Below, in pieces: positions 1-10,378 of a DNA stretch of 64,000 nucleotides. The stretch is from an uncultured candidate division Zixibacteria bacterium (lineage in GTDB: Bacteria > Zixibacteria > MSB-5A5 > GN15 > FEB-12). Location: contig CAVQCT010000002.1 in NCBI GenBank assembly GCA_963711085.1, forward strand, positions 1,227,678-1,291,677, in the 5' to 3' direction. The position numbers and the translations under genes are program-made. Numbering within the stretch: position 1 is the stretch's first letter; every line of letters starts with the position of its first letter. The notes under the pieces were generated by a model that saw nothing but the letters and a program-made list of their open reading frames with translations, had not been told where the DNA came from and searched no databases.

Positions 1-96
1 CGCCCCGCAAAACCGGCACGTGCGGCCGCTTGACCGATCGGTCGACAGGAGAGGACCGCTGCCACCGGTCCGACCGATGGCAGCGATTCGGTATTA

Positions 97-1764
97 CTAC
101 TTCTTATAATTCAATGAAACGTCGCGACGTGGCCCGGCCTTGACAATTTCGGGCGGACAGTTGTCGCGGAATTTCTTGAAGTTTTCGATAAATAGCGAGG
201 CTAGCTGGAGGTACTTGTCCTCGTAAGCTGCCTTGTCCCCCCAGGTGTCGGCCGGGTTCAGGACCTTGTCCGGAACACCTTCGCACTTCTTGGGGACCTG
301 GAAGCCGAAGACCGGATCGGTGTAATACTCGACATCGAGCAGCTTACCGTCGAGGGCCGAATTCAGCAGGGTGCGCGTGTGATGAATCGACATACGCTTA
401 CCGATGCCGTACTGGCCGCCGGTCCAACCCGTGTTCACCAGCCAGCAGTTGACGCCGTGCTTCATGATCTTGTTCTTGAGCATCTCGGCGTAATGGTACG
501 GATGATGCACCATGAACGGGGCCCCGAAACAGGCGGAGAAGGTGATCTCCGGTTCTTTGCCCAGATCGACTTCGGTACCGCTTACTTTCGACGTATATCC
601 GGAAATGAAGTGGTACATCGCCTGATCCGGCGTCAGCTTTGCGATCGGAGGCATCACCCCGGACGCATCGCAGGTCAGCATGATGATGTTGTTCGGGTGA
701 CCGGCCATCTTTGTCGGCACGGCGTTGTCGATAAATTCCAGCGGGTATGCCGCGCGTGTATTTTCGGTCAAATGCTCATCGTCGAGATCAAGCAGCCGCG
801 AGACCGGGTCGTACACGACATTTTCGAGAATCGTTCCGAACTTGCGCGTACACGCATAAATCTCCGGCTCGGCCGTGGGGGAGAGCGCGATCACTTTGGC
901 ATAGCAACCGCCTTCGATGTTGAACACTCCTTCGTCGCTCCAACCGTGCTCATCGTCTCCGACAAGGTATCGATTCGGATCGGCCGAAAGCGTGGTCTTG
1001 CCGGTTCCCGATAAGCCGAAAAAGATGGCGACATCGCCGGACTTCCCGACGTTGGCGGAGCAGTGCATACTCAGGACACCGTCGAGCGGGAGCAGATAGT
1101 TCAGTACGGTAAAGACCGACTTCTTTATTTCTCCGCCGTAGCCGGAATTTCCTATGAGGCAGACCTTTTGGTCGAAATTGAGCAGGATGAATGTCTCAGA
1201 CAGGGTGCCATCGATCTCGGGAAGTCCCTGGAACGAGGGAATAGAGATGATGGTGAACTCCGGTACGAATCGGCGCATCTCATCGTGGCTCTCCGGCTGA
1301 ATGAACATGTTGCGAACGAACTGGCTGTGCCAGGCGTATTCGGTGATGATCCGAACGGGCAGGCGGTAATTCGGATCGGCGCCGGCATAGCAATCCTGAA
1401 CGAACAGGTCACGTCCCTGGAGGAATCCCTGGAGACGCTGGAAGACGAGATTGAACTTATCGATTCCGAAGGGACGATTGTATTCACCCCACCAGATGTT
1501 CTTTTCGCTGTCAACTTCGCGCACGACGAACTTATCATTAGCCGATCGAGCGGTATGCTTGCCGGTGTTCACCACCAGCGGACCGTGATAAGTAATCTGC
1601 CCTTCGGAGCGGAAGATCGCTTCTTCGTAAAGCGCTTCGGTCGGGAGATTCCAGTAGACGTTATGCAGGTTTCTGAACCCGTGGTTCTTGAGACCGTACT
1701 CGGATTTGACCGCTTTGGCGATCGACAGGGCGGGGGTTTTGAGTTCCAATATGTAGTGACTCAT
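97..1764 (-). CDS. pckA: Phosphoenolpyruvate carboxykinase (ATP)
   Basis: 555-aa ORF. It has the kinase-1a P-loop GLSGTGKTTLS plus DDEHGW and NIEGGCYAKV motifs typical of ATP-dependent PEPCK. Confidence 0.9.
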   Translation of the reverse strand: MSHYILELKTPALSIAKAVKSEYGLKNHGFRNLHNVYWNLPTEALYEEAIFRSEGQITYHGPLVVNTGKHTARSANDKFVVREVDSEKNIWWGEYNRPFGIDKFNLVFQRLQGFLQGRDLFVQDCYAGADPNYRLPVRIITEYAWHSQFVRNMFIQPESHDEMRRFVPEFTIISIPSFQGLPEIDGTLSETFILLNFDQKVCLIGNSGYGGEIKKSVFTVLNYLLPLDGVLSMHCSANVGKSGDVAIFFGLSGTGKTTLSADPNRYLVGDDEHGWSDEGVFNIEGGCYAKVIALSPTAEPEIYACTRKFGTILENVVYDPVSRLLDLDDEHLTENTRAAYPLEFIDNAVPTKMAGHPNNIIMLTCDASGVMPPIAKLTPDQAMYHFISGYTSKVSGTEVDLGKEPEITFSACFGAPFMVHHPYHYAEMLKNKIMKHGVNCWLVNTGWTGGQYGIGKRMSIHHTRTLLNSALDGKLLDVEYYTDPVFGFQVPKKCEGVPDKVLNPADTWGDKAAYEDKYLQLASLFIENFKKFRDNCPPEIVKAGPRRDVSLNYKK

Positions 1765-2978
1765 TTCCAGTCCCTCCTCATCTTGCGGTCGCCGATGTAG
1801 ATTTCATTGGGTGATTCAGGATCGAGCGCCCACTTGATGCGGGCGATACCTTCGGTGATTTCCTTGACCGTCCCGCAGTAGCTGAGGCGGAGATGTCCTT
1901 CCATGCCGAACTCCACGCCGGGTACGGTGACGACCAGCGCCTTTTCCAGCAGGAATTTGGACAAATCGCTTGAGCTCATGCGATAGGCACCGAAATCAGG
2001 CAGGCAGTAGAAAGTTCCCTGCGGCTGAATCAGTTTCACGCCCGTGAACGACTTGAGTTCTTTCACCATGACGTTGCGGCTGTTTTCCAGGGTAAGGCGA
2101 AGGCTCTCCACTGAGCTTTGCACGCCGTTGAGCGCACCCGCGGCGGCCGCCTGCAGGATGACGGAAGGACAGGAAGTGTTCTGCGCCGAGACATTGATCA
2201 TCGCTGCCGTGATCTTCTTGTTGGCGATCGTCCAGCCGATCCGGAAGCCGGTCATGGCGTACATTTTCGAGACACCGTTGACCACGATCAGCTTGGACGA
2301 TTCAGACTCGTCCTTCGCGTACTTGTAACAGGATACGGCGGTGGTATCATCGAACACCAACTTGTGATAGATGTCATCCATCACCAGGTAGATCCCCTTC
2401 TTTTCGCAGAATTCGACGATTTCCTGAATGAAATCGGCGGAGTAGACCGCGCCAGAAGGGTTGTTCGGTGAGTTGATGACGATGGCCTTGGTGTAAGAGC
2501 TGACCGCCTGGGTAATGTCCTTCATCCGCGGATGGAATCGGCCGTCTTCCGGTTTCACGATCACCGGGACGCCGTAGACCATCTTCACGATCTCCGGATA
2601 GCTCACCCAGTAGGGAGCCGGGATGATGACTTCGTCCTGCGGATTGATGATCGTCATCATCAAGTTGTAGAAGGCCTGTTTGGCTCCGGACGAGACGAGA
2701 ACATTCTCCGGGCCGACTACTTTGTCGTAATTCTCTTCAGTGTACCGAACGATCGCCTGAATCAGCGCCGGAATCCCTTCGGTCGGCGTATAACGGATGT
2801 CCGCCGTGCGAAGTTTGGCCGCGCAACTCAGGATGGCGTCTAAGGGGACCTTGCTTTTCGGTTCCCCTGAGCCGAGGTGGATCACCGGTTCCCCCCGCTC
2901 TTTGAGCAGCCGAGCCTGTTCGTTCAGGCGCAGTGTCGGCGACTCTTTGATTTCACGTGCCAGTTGGCTTACACTCAT
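1761..2978 (-). CDS. Class I/II PLP-dependent aminotransferase (aspartate aminotransferase-like)
   Basis: 405-aa ORF with NSPNNPSG and SKMYAMTGFRIGW (Schiff-base Lys context). Its stop overlaps the pckA start by 4 nt. Confidence 0.85.
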   Translation of the reverse strand: MSVSQLAREIKESPTLRLNEQARLLKERGEPVIHLGSGEPKSKVPLDAILSCAAKLRTADIRYTPTEGIPALIQAIVRYTEENYDKVVGPENVLVSSGAKQAFYNLMMTIINPQDEVIIPAPYWVSYPEIVKMVYGVPVIVKPEDGRFHPRMKDITQAVSSYTKAIVINSPNNPSGAVYSADFIQEIVEFCEKKGIYLVMDDIYHKLVFDDTTAVSCYKYAKDESESSKLIVVNGVSKMYAMTGFRIGWTIANKKITAAMINVSAQNTSCPSVILQAAAAGALNGVQSSVESLRLTLENSRNVMVKELKSFTGVKLIQPQGTFYCLPDFGAYRMSSSDLSKFLLEKALVVTVPGVEFGMEGHLRLSYCGTVKEITEGIARIKWALDPESPNEIYIGDRKMRRDWK

Positions 2979-2980
2979 AC

Positions 2981-3973
2981 CTACCCTTTCATAAGCACCG
3001 CAATCGCGGTCACATCAACGATATCGTCAGCGGAGCACCCCCGCGACAGGTCGTTCGCCGGAAGCGCCAGTCCCTGTATGATAGGTCCGGTCGCAATGGC
3101 GTTGGCCAGCCGCTGGGTCAGTTTATAGCCTATATTACCTGCATCGAGATCTGGGAATATCAAAACGTTAGCGTTGCCTCCGATCGGAGAATCGGGGCAT
3201 TTCTTTTTGGCAACTTCCGGCACGATCGCAGCATCGAGCTGCAACTCGCCGTCGACCTTCAATTCGGGATAATCCCGTTTCAATATCTTCATCGCCTCGA
3301 GAACCTTGTCGACATCGGGATGGGTTGCCGAGCCTTTGGTCGAAAACGACAGCATCGCCACTCTCGGGTCCATACCCAACAGGTTAACCATGGTCTGGGA
3401 GGTAGAGACGGCGATTGACGCCAGCTGTTCGGCCGTGGGATTTGGAACGACAGCAGCGTCGGCGTACATCAAAATCTTGTTCGTTTCATCTCGATACTTT
3501 GGCACCGTCATCATGAAGCAGCTTGATACGGTGGTAATCCCGGGTTTAAGTCCGATCACCTGGATGGCCGCGCGAAGAACGTCACCGGTCGTGCTTAAGG
3601 AGCCGGCCACGGAGGCATCAGCCTTACCGTGTCGGACCAGCATCGCACCATAGAACAGCGGTTTCTTCATTGTTTCTTTCGCTTCGGTCTCGGTGATCCC
3701 TTTCTTTTTGCGAAGCTCCATGAAATCGGCCACGAACTTATCATGGTCCGGACCATGGGCAGGGTCGATAACCTCGACTTTTGAAAGATCGAGCCCAGCA
3801 TCTTTGGCCAGCTTCTCGATTTGCTTCATCTCGCCAAGAATCGTAACTCCGGCCAGCTTTTCGGCAAGAAGCTTCTTGGCCGCTTCGAATACTCTCGGAT
3901 CGGTTCCTTCGGGAAGGACGACCCGACGGTGCTTCTGTCTCGCTTTATCTTTAATTACTGATAACGCATCCAT
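2981..3973 (-). CDS. pta: Phosphate acetyltransferase (short Pta type)
   Basis: 330-aa ORF. N-terminus RRVVLPEGTDPRV, then SVAGSLSTTGDVLRAA and ANDLSRGCSADDIV, typical of phosphotransacetylases. Confidence 0.85.
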   Translation of the reverse strand: MDALSVIKDKARQKHRRVVLPEGTDPRVFEAAKKLLAEKLAGVTILGEMKQIEKLAKDAGLDLSKVEVIDPAHGPDHDKFVADFMELRKKKGITETEAKETMKKPLFYGAMLVRHGKADASVAGSLSTTGDVLRAAIQVIGLKPGITTVSSCFMMTVPKYRDETNKILMYADAAVVPNPTAEQLASIAVSTSQTMVNLLGMDPRVAMLSFSTKGSATHPDVDKVLEAMKILKRDYPELKVDGELQLDAAIVPEVAKKKCPDSPIGGNANVLIFPDLDAGNIGYKLTQRLANAIATGPIIQGLALPANDLSRGCSADDIVDVTAIAVLMKG

Positions 3974-4014
3974 GATTCACTCCAATCACGTTGAACTTGA
4001 TCAAACAACATAAA

Positions 4015-5134
4015 CTAGGTCGAAACTTGAGCCTCTTTGAAGTTCGGATCGCTCAGGTATGCCTGAATGAACTGATCGATATCCCCATCCATGACCGCCT
4101 GGACATTCGAGGTCTCAGCGCCGGTTCGGTGATCCTTCACCATGTTGTAAGGATGGAAGACGTAGGAGCGGATCTGCGATCCCCATTCGATCTTCTTCTT
4201 GGACTGTTCGAACTTCTGCATTTTGGCGGCTTCTTCTTCTTTCTTCAGTTGATAGAGCCGCGCTTTGAGGACGCTGAACGCAGAATCCTTGTTCTTGTGC
4301 TGGCTGCGTTCAGTCTGACAGGTGACCACGATTCCGGACGGGATGTGAGTGATCCTGATCGCCGAAGAGGTCTTGTTAATATGCTGACCGCCGGCGCCGG
4401 AAGCGCGAAATGTATCTACCCGGACATCTTCTTCTTTGATTTCGATTTCGATATTGTCTTCGACAACGGGGAAGACGTGCACCGACACGAACGAGGTGTG
4501 CCGTCTTGAGTTGGCATCGAAGGGAGAAATGCGTACCAACCGATGTACCCCCGACTCCGCTTTGAGGAATCCGTAGGCGAAATCCCCTTTGATCTTCAGC
4601 GTGGCCGACTTGAGACCGGCTTCGTCCCCCGGCTGAAGATCCATCAATTCGACCGTGAAAGACTTACGCTCCGCCCACCGGTTGTACATCCGGAACAGCA
4701 TGTCGGCCCAGTCCTGGGATTCGGTGCCGCCGGCGCCGGGGTGGATGGTAAGAATGGCGTCGCGATAGTCATCGGGACCGGAAAGGAGGGAGGTGAACTC
4801 AAAGTCGCTGACTTCCTTGACGACCTGCTCGTACGTTTGCTTTAGTTCGTCGGCATCCTCGGATTCCTCATCGCTCACCATTTCAAGCAATTCGCTGACC
4901 GTCTGCAAATCGGACTTCAGTTTGCCGTACGATGCGACCCATTTGCGATGGACGGAGACCTCTTTGAGGATAGCCTGGGCGGCCTGATTATCATCCCAGA
5001 AGGCAGGTGCGGAGGTAAGCTTCTCGAGTTCGGCTATGCGGACTTGACGACCTTCAATGTCAAAGATACCTCGCTAGTTTGTCGAGTTTCTCTTTGTAGT
5101 CAGGAAGTTGGTACTTTATATCCGCCAGCAACAT
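4015..5134 (-). CDS. prfB: Peptide chain release factor 2, requires programmed +1 frameshift
   Basis: The track ORF 4015..4908 contains the GGQ motif (SGAGGQHINK) and the RF2 SPF motif (RISPFD). ATG at 5134 with a GGAGAGG SD is followed by 24 codons and an in-frame TGA at 5062..5060. The +1 frame from 5061 joins the track ORF, giving ~372 aa. Confidence 0.9.
5059..5075 (-). promoter_or_regulatory. prfB autoregulatory +1 frameshift site (GCG AGG TAT CTT TGA C)
   Basis: The minus strand reads AGG TAT CTT TGA C, the same slippery CUU-UGA-C core with upstream SD-like AGG as the E. coli prfB site. Confidence 0.85.
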
Positions 5135-5335
5135 TGTCGTATTTTCCTCTCCGTTAAATTAAGCGTAAATATATACATTCTATCCGGTAAGGTCAAATGT
5201 AAACAGCAAGGTTATGTGACTTTTTTCACATATACAAGGGTAAAATTCAGCTATGTCCAAAAAAAATTTACTACTCCGGCTTCCTCCAAAATCCAATATC
5301 ACTGTGCCCGCACGGCTCAAGAATTCAGAATAGAG

Positions 5336-5363
5336 TTGACAAGACTGGTCCATGACTTATTTT
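5336..5363 (+). promoter_or_regulatory. Putative sigma70-type promoter of the MBL hydrolase gene
   Basis: TTGACA (5336..5341), 16-nt spacer, TATTTT (5358..5363). The homology-supported ATG at 5373 lies ~10 nt after the -10 element. Confidence 0.4.
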
Positions 5364-5372
5364 GACCCCCAT

Positions 5373-6014
5373 ATGAAAGTCGAAACGATTGTGGTTGGGG
5401 CACTTGAAGTCAACTGTTATATCTGTTACCGGAAGGACTCGGGTAACGGTGTGATAATTGACCCGGGAGGGGATGATGCCAGAATCCAGGCGGTCGTGTC
5501 TGATTTGAAAATAACGCCCCGGGCAATACTGCTGACCCACGGCCATGCTGACCATATTGGCGCGGTCGGTCCCATCAGAGAACAGTATGGGATTCCAGTG
5601 ATGGCGGGTGACGGAGAGCAGAAACTTCTGGCCAACCCGAATGCGAATATGTCGACCTTTTTCGACTCCCCGATCACGGTGGACGAACCAGTCAGATGGT
5701 TGAATGATGAAGAGCTGCTGGTGATAGATGATCTTGCCTTCAAAGTTCTGGCCACTCCTGGGCACAGCCCGGGGGGAATCTGTCTACTCGACGAGTCGGG
5801 GGGCCAGGCGTTTGTCGGGGATACACTCTTTTACGGGTCAATCGGCCGTACCGACTTTCCCGGTTGCTCGTTTGAGGAGTTGATCGCCTCGATCAATGAA
5901 AAACTTCTGAAACTACCGGACAACATTGTCTGTTATCCGGGACATGGGCCGCGTACCACTATCGGAGCTGAGCGCGTGAATAATCCGTTTCTGAAAGGAA
6001 ATTACTTTGTCTGA
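5373..6014 (+). CDS. MBL-fold metallo-hydrolase (glyoxalase II-like)
   Basis: THGHADH metal motif. The N-terminus MKVETIVVGALEVNCY is typical of the family. The track ORF starts 7 codons earlier at 5352, and neither start has an SD. Confidence 0.8.
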   Translation: MKVETIVVGALEVNCYICYRKDSGNGVIIDPGGDDARIQAVVSDLKITPRAILLTHGHADHIGAVGPIREQYGIPVMAGDGEQKLLANPNANMSTFFDSPITVDEPVRWLNDEELLVIDDLAFKVLATPGHSPGGICLLDESGGQAFVGDTLFYGSIGRTDFPGCSFEELIASINEKLLKLPDNIVCYPGHGPRTTIGAERVNNPFLKGNYFV

Positions 6015-6861
6015 AAATATCAAAATTGAGCCGCTTCATCTGGAAGGCGTAACGGACTACCACTGTCATTGCGATTATTCGCCCGATGCCGAAGGAAGTA
6101 TCGAGCAGTATTGCGAGGCGGCACTGGATCGTAATCTGGCCGAGATCTGTTTCACCACGCACTACGACGCCAATCCGAAGCTTGAAGGTACGAAGACCGG
6201 CATCCGGATTAACGGTGAGATCAAGTCGGTTACGCCGGATAATCTGGCTGCGTATGTCGAAGACGTGGCGCGGGCAGGTCAGAAGTTTTATCCGCTCGGG
6301 CTTTCGGTCAAGTGCGGAGTTGAGTTCGGCTGGTTTGAAGGATGCGAAGACCAGGCGCTCAAATTGCGCGAGCGATTCGGCTTCAGCTATATGCTGTGCG
6401 GCATCCACGAGATCGACAACATGTGCATCGTTTGCCACTCCACTTACGAGAAGGCATTCGCCGGGTACTCGGCCGAACAGCTTGTCGAGAAGTACTTCGC
6501 CCAGGCGGTCAAGGCTGCGCGCACCGGTATATTCGACAATATTGCGCACCTCGACTACTACGTGAAATACGGAAAGCGATATTACGGAGAGCCGATCGAC
6601 AACGCCCACGAACCGTATATCAACGAATTATTCAAAGCCCTCGTCGAAAGTCGGAGGACCGGTATCGAAGTGAACACAGCGGGGATGCGTCACGGCCGCG
6701 GAATGTACTACCCAAGCATGGAAATCATCAATCTCGCCAAGAAGGCGGGAGTGTCCGTCCAGGTGCTGGGGTCAGACGCGCACAAGCCGGAACAGGTGGG
6801 ATACGATTTCGAAATGGCAACTTCGCTGATTCCCGACACCGTACAAGGATGCCTCGACTGA
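6007..6861 (+). CDS. PHP-domain phosphoesterase (HisJ-type histidinol phosphatase family)
   Basis: 284-aa ORF with the DYHCHCDYSPDA N-terminal PHP motif and later GSDAH. TTG start preceded by AAAGGAA. Confidence 0.7.
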   Translation: MSENIKIEPLHLEGVTDYHCHCDYSPDAEGSIEQYCEAALDRNLAEICFTTHYDANPKLEGTKTGIRINGEIKSVTPDNLAAYVEDVARAGQKFYPLGLSVKCGVEFGWFEGCEDQALKLRERFGFSYMLCGIHEIDNMCIVCHSTYEKAFAGYSAEQLVEKYFAQAVKAARTGIFDNIAHLDYYVKYGKRYYGEPIDNAHEPYINELFKALVESRRTGIEVNTAGMRHGRGMYYPSMEIINLAKKAGVSVQVLGSDAHKPEQVGYDFEMATSLIPDTVQGCLD

Positions 6862-7472
6862 TAACGCCGGGCAATCAGGTGCACTCGACAATCAGAACAC
6901 ATAAGAAACTGAGACGGTCTTTCTACGATCGGCCGACTCTTGAAGTCGCTCGGGAGATCATCGGGAAACACCTGGTGTACCATGCTCCGGAAGGAACGAT
7001 GTCGGCGCGGATAGTTGAGACCGAAGCATATATCGGGCAGGATGATGCCGCCTGCCATGCGGCAAGAGGAAAGACGGAGCGAAATGAGGTGATGTTCGGG
7101 CAACCGGGTTTCACCTATATCTATTTCATCTACGGCATGTACTACTGCCTGAATGTCGTGACGGAGTCGATCGGCCAGCCGGCGGCGGTACTGATACGAG
7201 CAGCCGAACCGGTAGTGGGGACGGACCTGATGTTGCTACACTCGGCGGGAAAGAAACCGCTCGACCTTCTTTCGGGACCGGGAAAGTTCTGCCGCTCTTT
7301 CGGGCTGACCCGGGAGCAGAATGGGCTCGATTTGACCGGTGATGTTATTTATCTCGAAGAGCACTCGAGTCGACCAGTCAGCATCAAGACATCGCCGCGC
7401 ATCGGCATTAACCAGGCCACGGAACATCCGTGGCGTTTTGTTGACGCTGATACAAAAGTGAAATTGAAATAA
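6849..7472 (+). CDS. DNA-3-methyladenine glycosylase (Mpg/AAG family)
   Basis: C-terminal 207 aa of track ORF 6342..7472. FYDRPTLEVAREIIGK, ARIVETEAYIGQDDAACHA and GFTYIYFIYGMYYCLNVV match the Mpg family. ATG at 6849 overlaps the end of the PHP gene. Confidence 0.8.
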   Translation: MPRLITPGNQVHSTIRTHKKLRRSFYDRPTLEVAREIIGKHLVYHAPEGTMSARIVETEAYIGQDDAACHAARGKTERNEVMFGQPGFTYIYFIYGMYYCLNVVTESIGQPAAVLIRAAEPVVGTDLMLLHSAGKKPLDLLSGPGKFCRSFGLTREQNGLDLTGDVIYLEEHSSRPVSIKTSPRIGINQATEHPWRFVDADTKVKLK

Positions 7473-7507
7473 CAACGAAATGAATCCATAAAGCCAAACA
7501 AGGATGG

Positions 7508-8848
7508 ATGACCATGCCACAAAAAGTCGGTGCTAAATCGACACGCACTAACAACAAACGACAAGAACACTCCAAGTCGGTGGTATCTCGAAAGAACATC
7601 ACCATACCGATTTCGGTATTCGGCAACGTGATGAAGCAGGTCGATGCCGCTGCGGCGAGGCTGAATATCGACAAGTCGCTGCTCGACTTCATCAAGATGC
7701 CGAGAAGATCCACGATCGTCAATCTACCTGTCCGTATGGACGACGGTACGTTCAAGATGTACGCCGCATACCGGGTGCAGCATTCGATTGCCCGCGGCCC
7801 GGCCAAAGGGGGAATCCGCTTCCATCCGAATGTCACCCTGGACGAAGTCCAGGCGCTGGCGGCCTGGATGACCTGGAAGTGCGCTGTCGTGAACATCCCC
7901 TTCGGCGGTGGCAAGGGTGGGGTCGTGTGCGATCCCTTCAAGATGTCGACGGGGGAGCTCGAGCGATTGACCCGCCGCTATGTTGCCGATATGATCGATC
8001 TGTTCGGCCCGGATGACGATGTGCCGGCTCCCGATGTCGGTACCGGCCCGACAGTCATGGCCTGGTTCATGGATACATATTCGATGCGTGAAAACCACTC
8101 CGTCCCCGGTGTCGTAACCGGCAAGCCGATCAATATGGGCGGATCGCTCGGACGTACCGAAGCGACCGGCCGCGGTGTCATGATCGCCGTGAGAGAAGCG
8201 GCCAAGCACCTCAAGCTGGATTTATCCAGAGCCACTGCTTCGGTTCAGGGCTTCGGCAACGTGGGATCGATATCGGCAAAGCTTCTGCACGAACTGGGCG
8301 TCAGGTTCACTTATGTCGCCGATGTCAACGGCGCCATCCACGCCCCGAACGGCATAGACATCAATAAGCTCATCGCTCATGTCGAAAAGACGAAGTCGAT
8401 TCTCGGTTTCCCCGGGGTCAAGGAAGTGAAGCCTGAAGACGTTCTTTACGCCAAGGTCGACATAGTAATTCCCGCGGCCCTGGAGAATCAGATTACCGAA
8501 AAGAACGCCGGAAAGCTGAAATGCAAGATCGTGGCCGAAGGTGCGAATGGTCCGACCACTCCGGAAGCGGACAAGATTCTTGAGAAAAACGGGATACTCG
8601 TGATTCCGGACATTCTCTGCAACGCCGGCGGCGTCACTGTATCTTACTTTGAGTGGGTACAAAACCGCATTGGTTACTTCTGGTCCGAAGAAGAAGTGAA
8701 CGTGCGGCTCGAAGAGAAGATGGTCTCGGCGTTCAGCGATGTGCTCAAAATGGCGCTCAAGAGCAAGACCAGCCTGAGAATCGCAGCGTTTATGGTGGCG
8801 ATCACGCGAGTGGTCGATGTCGTCCAGTTGCGAGGCATCTATTCCTGA
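7508..8848 (+). CDS. gdhA: Glutamate dehydrogenase (Glu/Leu/Phe/Val dehydrogenase family)
   Basis: 446-aa ORF with KGGIRFHP and PFGGGKGG catalytic-region motifs and a GFGNVG Rossmann motif. AAGGA SD lies upstream of the ATG. Confidence 0.9.
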   Translation: MTMPQKVGAKSTRTNNKRQEHSKSVVSRKNITIPISVFGNVMKQVDAAAARLNIDKSLLDFIKMPRRSTIVNLPVRMDDGTFKMYAAYRVQHSIARGPAKGGIRFHPNVTLDEVQALAAWMTWKCAVVNIPFGGGKGGVVCDPFKMSTGELERLTRRYVADMIDLFGPDDDVPAPDVGTGPTVMAWFMDTYSMRENHSVPGVVTGKPINMGGSLGRTEATGRGVMIAVREAAKHLKLDLSRATASVQGFGNVGSISAKLLHELGVRFTYVADVNGAIHAPNGIDINKLIAHVEKTKSILGFPGVKEVKPEDVLYAKVDIVIPAALENQITEKNAGKLKCKIVAEGANGPTTPEADKILEKNGILVIPDILCNAGGVTVSYFEWVQNRIGYFWSEEEVNVRLEEKMVSAFSDVLKMALKSKTSLRIAAFMVAITRVVDVVQLRGIYS

Positions 8849-8884
8849 TTCACGCTGGAAGCGCACAATTATTGAAATGAACTC

Positions 8885-8918
8885 GGGCGGTGCCGATCTG
8901 TCGGAACCGCCCTTTGTT
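8885..8918 (+). terminator. Rho-independent terminator after gdh
   Basis: GGGCGGT (8885..8891) pairs with ACCGCCC (8906..8912) and is followed by TTTGTT. Confidence 0.6.
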
Positions 8919-8988
8919 ATCGTTTGTGCTTGTATTTCGACGACTGATTGCAGTATGATTGTATAACCGACCGAGGAGTGATTTATAG

Positions 8989-9618
8989 ATGTTTGGTCCC
9001 GACTTCTGGCAAAAAGCAATAATCGCCGCCCCCGCGATACTCTTCTCGCTGACTGTGCATGAGTATTTCCACGCCTGGACGGCCCTGAGATTCGGGGACA
9101 CCACTGCCCGTGATCTGGGACGGCTGACGCTCAATCCGCTGGCTCATCTTGATGTCCTGGGGACGATCATGATGTTCCTCTCCGGGTTCAGGTTCGGCTG
9201 GGCCAAACCGGTGCCGGTTAATCCGTTCAGGACGAAGAATCCTCGCGTAGCGGACTTCTGGATCTCCGCGGCCGGGCCCATTTCCAACTTTGGCCTCGCC
9301 TTCATCGCCAGCATGATCTTTCGGGCAATCGTGACGACAAATGCACCGATGCCCGAGGCAGTGCACCTGTTCCTGTTCTTCATGATCATGATCAATGTCT
9401 CGCTGGCCTTTTTCAATCTTATCCCGTTGTTCCCGCTCGATGGCTCCCACATTCTGAGGAGTATATTGCCACCCCGGTATGAAGCGTCGCTGAATCAATT
9501 CGACCGCTTTTCACCGTTCATCCTGCTCGGTCTGATCATGATCGGCGGGTTCTGGTTTATCCTCGGTCCATTCATTTCCGCCGTTGTCTACATTTTTTCC
9601 GGAATCCGGATAGGTTAA
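8989..9618 (+). CDS. Site-2 protease family zinc metalloprotease (peptidase M50)
   Basis: 209-aa polytopic ORF with HEYFHAW (HExxH) and NLIPLFPLDG motifs. GAGGAG SD. Confidence 0.8.
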   Translation: MFGPDFWQKAIIAAPAILFSLTVHEYFHAWTALRFGDTTARDLGRLTLNPLAHLDVLGTIMMFLSGFRFGWAKPVPVNPFRTKNPRVADFWISAAGPISNFGLAFIASMIFRAIVTTNAPMPEAVHLFLFFMIMINVSLAFFNLIPLFPLDGSHILRSILPPRYEASLNQFDRFSPFILLGLIMIGGFWFILGPFISAVVYIFSGIRIG

Positions 9619-9619
9619 G

Positions 9620-10299
9620 ATGCTTCGAATAGTTCGAGTCATGGCATTTCTGCCGATCGCACTGATACTTGCATCGTGTGGTGGCGGCAAGATGGTACGG
9701 GTTGAGGGCGAACAAGCAGCGTGTGCCTGAATTCGACGTTCAAGTGGAGGCGTATCTGTTCGACGCGGTGGTACTTCGCGGGCAGAAACGTAATACCTTC
9801 CGTCTCGATGTTTATCAAACCGACTCGATTATGGCGCTCACCGGCCGGGGGTATTTGGGGAAAGGAGCGCTCAAGGGATGGATGACGCGAGACAGCATAA
9901 AAGTGTTATTCCCAGCGACTAATGAATACCTATACGAAACGATTCCGGCCCTTATCGGATCGATTGCATGCCTCGGTGATACGGCCGAGATAAATATGTT
10001 TGCGCTGTTCAGCGCGCTGCCCGACAGCATCGCACAGGACCGCCAGACGAGAGATTGAATCAGATTACTCCGATGCCGCGCAGCCGCAATTCAAGGTCTC
10101 ATATGCCGGTTGCCCCTGGGCTCTCAGCGCGACCTACGATCGACAGGATGCCGGATGGCGCGTCAAGGAGTTCCAATTCGACGATGGTCACGGCAACCAG
10201 CTCTCCGGAAAGCGAAGGATCTACAAGGGTCACGCCACCGTCCCGTCGGGCCGCTTTCAAATCATCGTCCCCGCTTCGTATGCTCGCATAATCCCCTGA
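9620..10299 (+). pseudogene. Lipoprotein (DUF4292/LolB-like) split over three reading frames
   Basis: ATG 9620 encodes a signal peptide plus lipobox (MAFLPIALILASC) and then hits TGA at 9728..9730. The body continues in track ORF 9669..10058 and the tail in track ORF 10000..10299. The 680-nt total equals 3n+2, meaning two +1 shifts. Confidence 0.55.
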
Positions 10300-10378
10300 T
10301 TGTCACGCGGTTATACCCGTTGACTTGCCACCCTGAATTATCGATATTACTTTCTTGTATTTAATTAGGAGTATCTGA

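Noticed and set aside
6342-6848. The N-terminal 169 codons of track ORF 6342..7472, which would make a 376-aa Mpg protein.
   Set aside because: This part overlaps the PHP phosphatase gene in another frame and is Arg-rich nonsense. Mpg homology begins only after the ATG at 6849.
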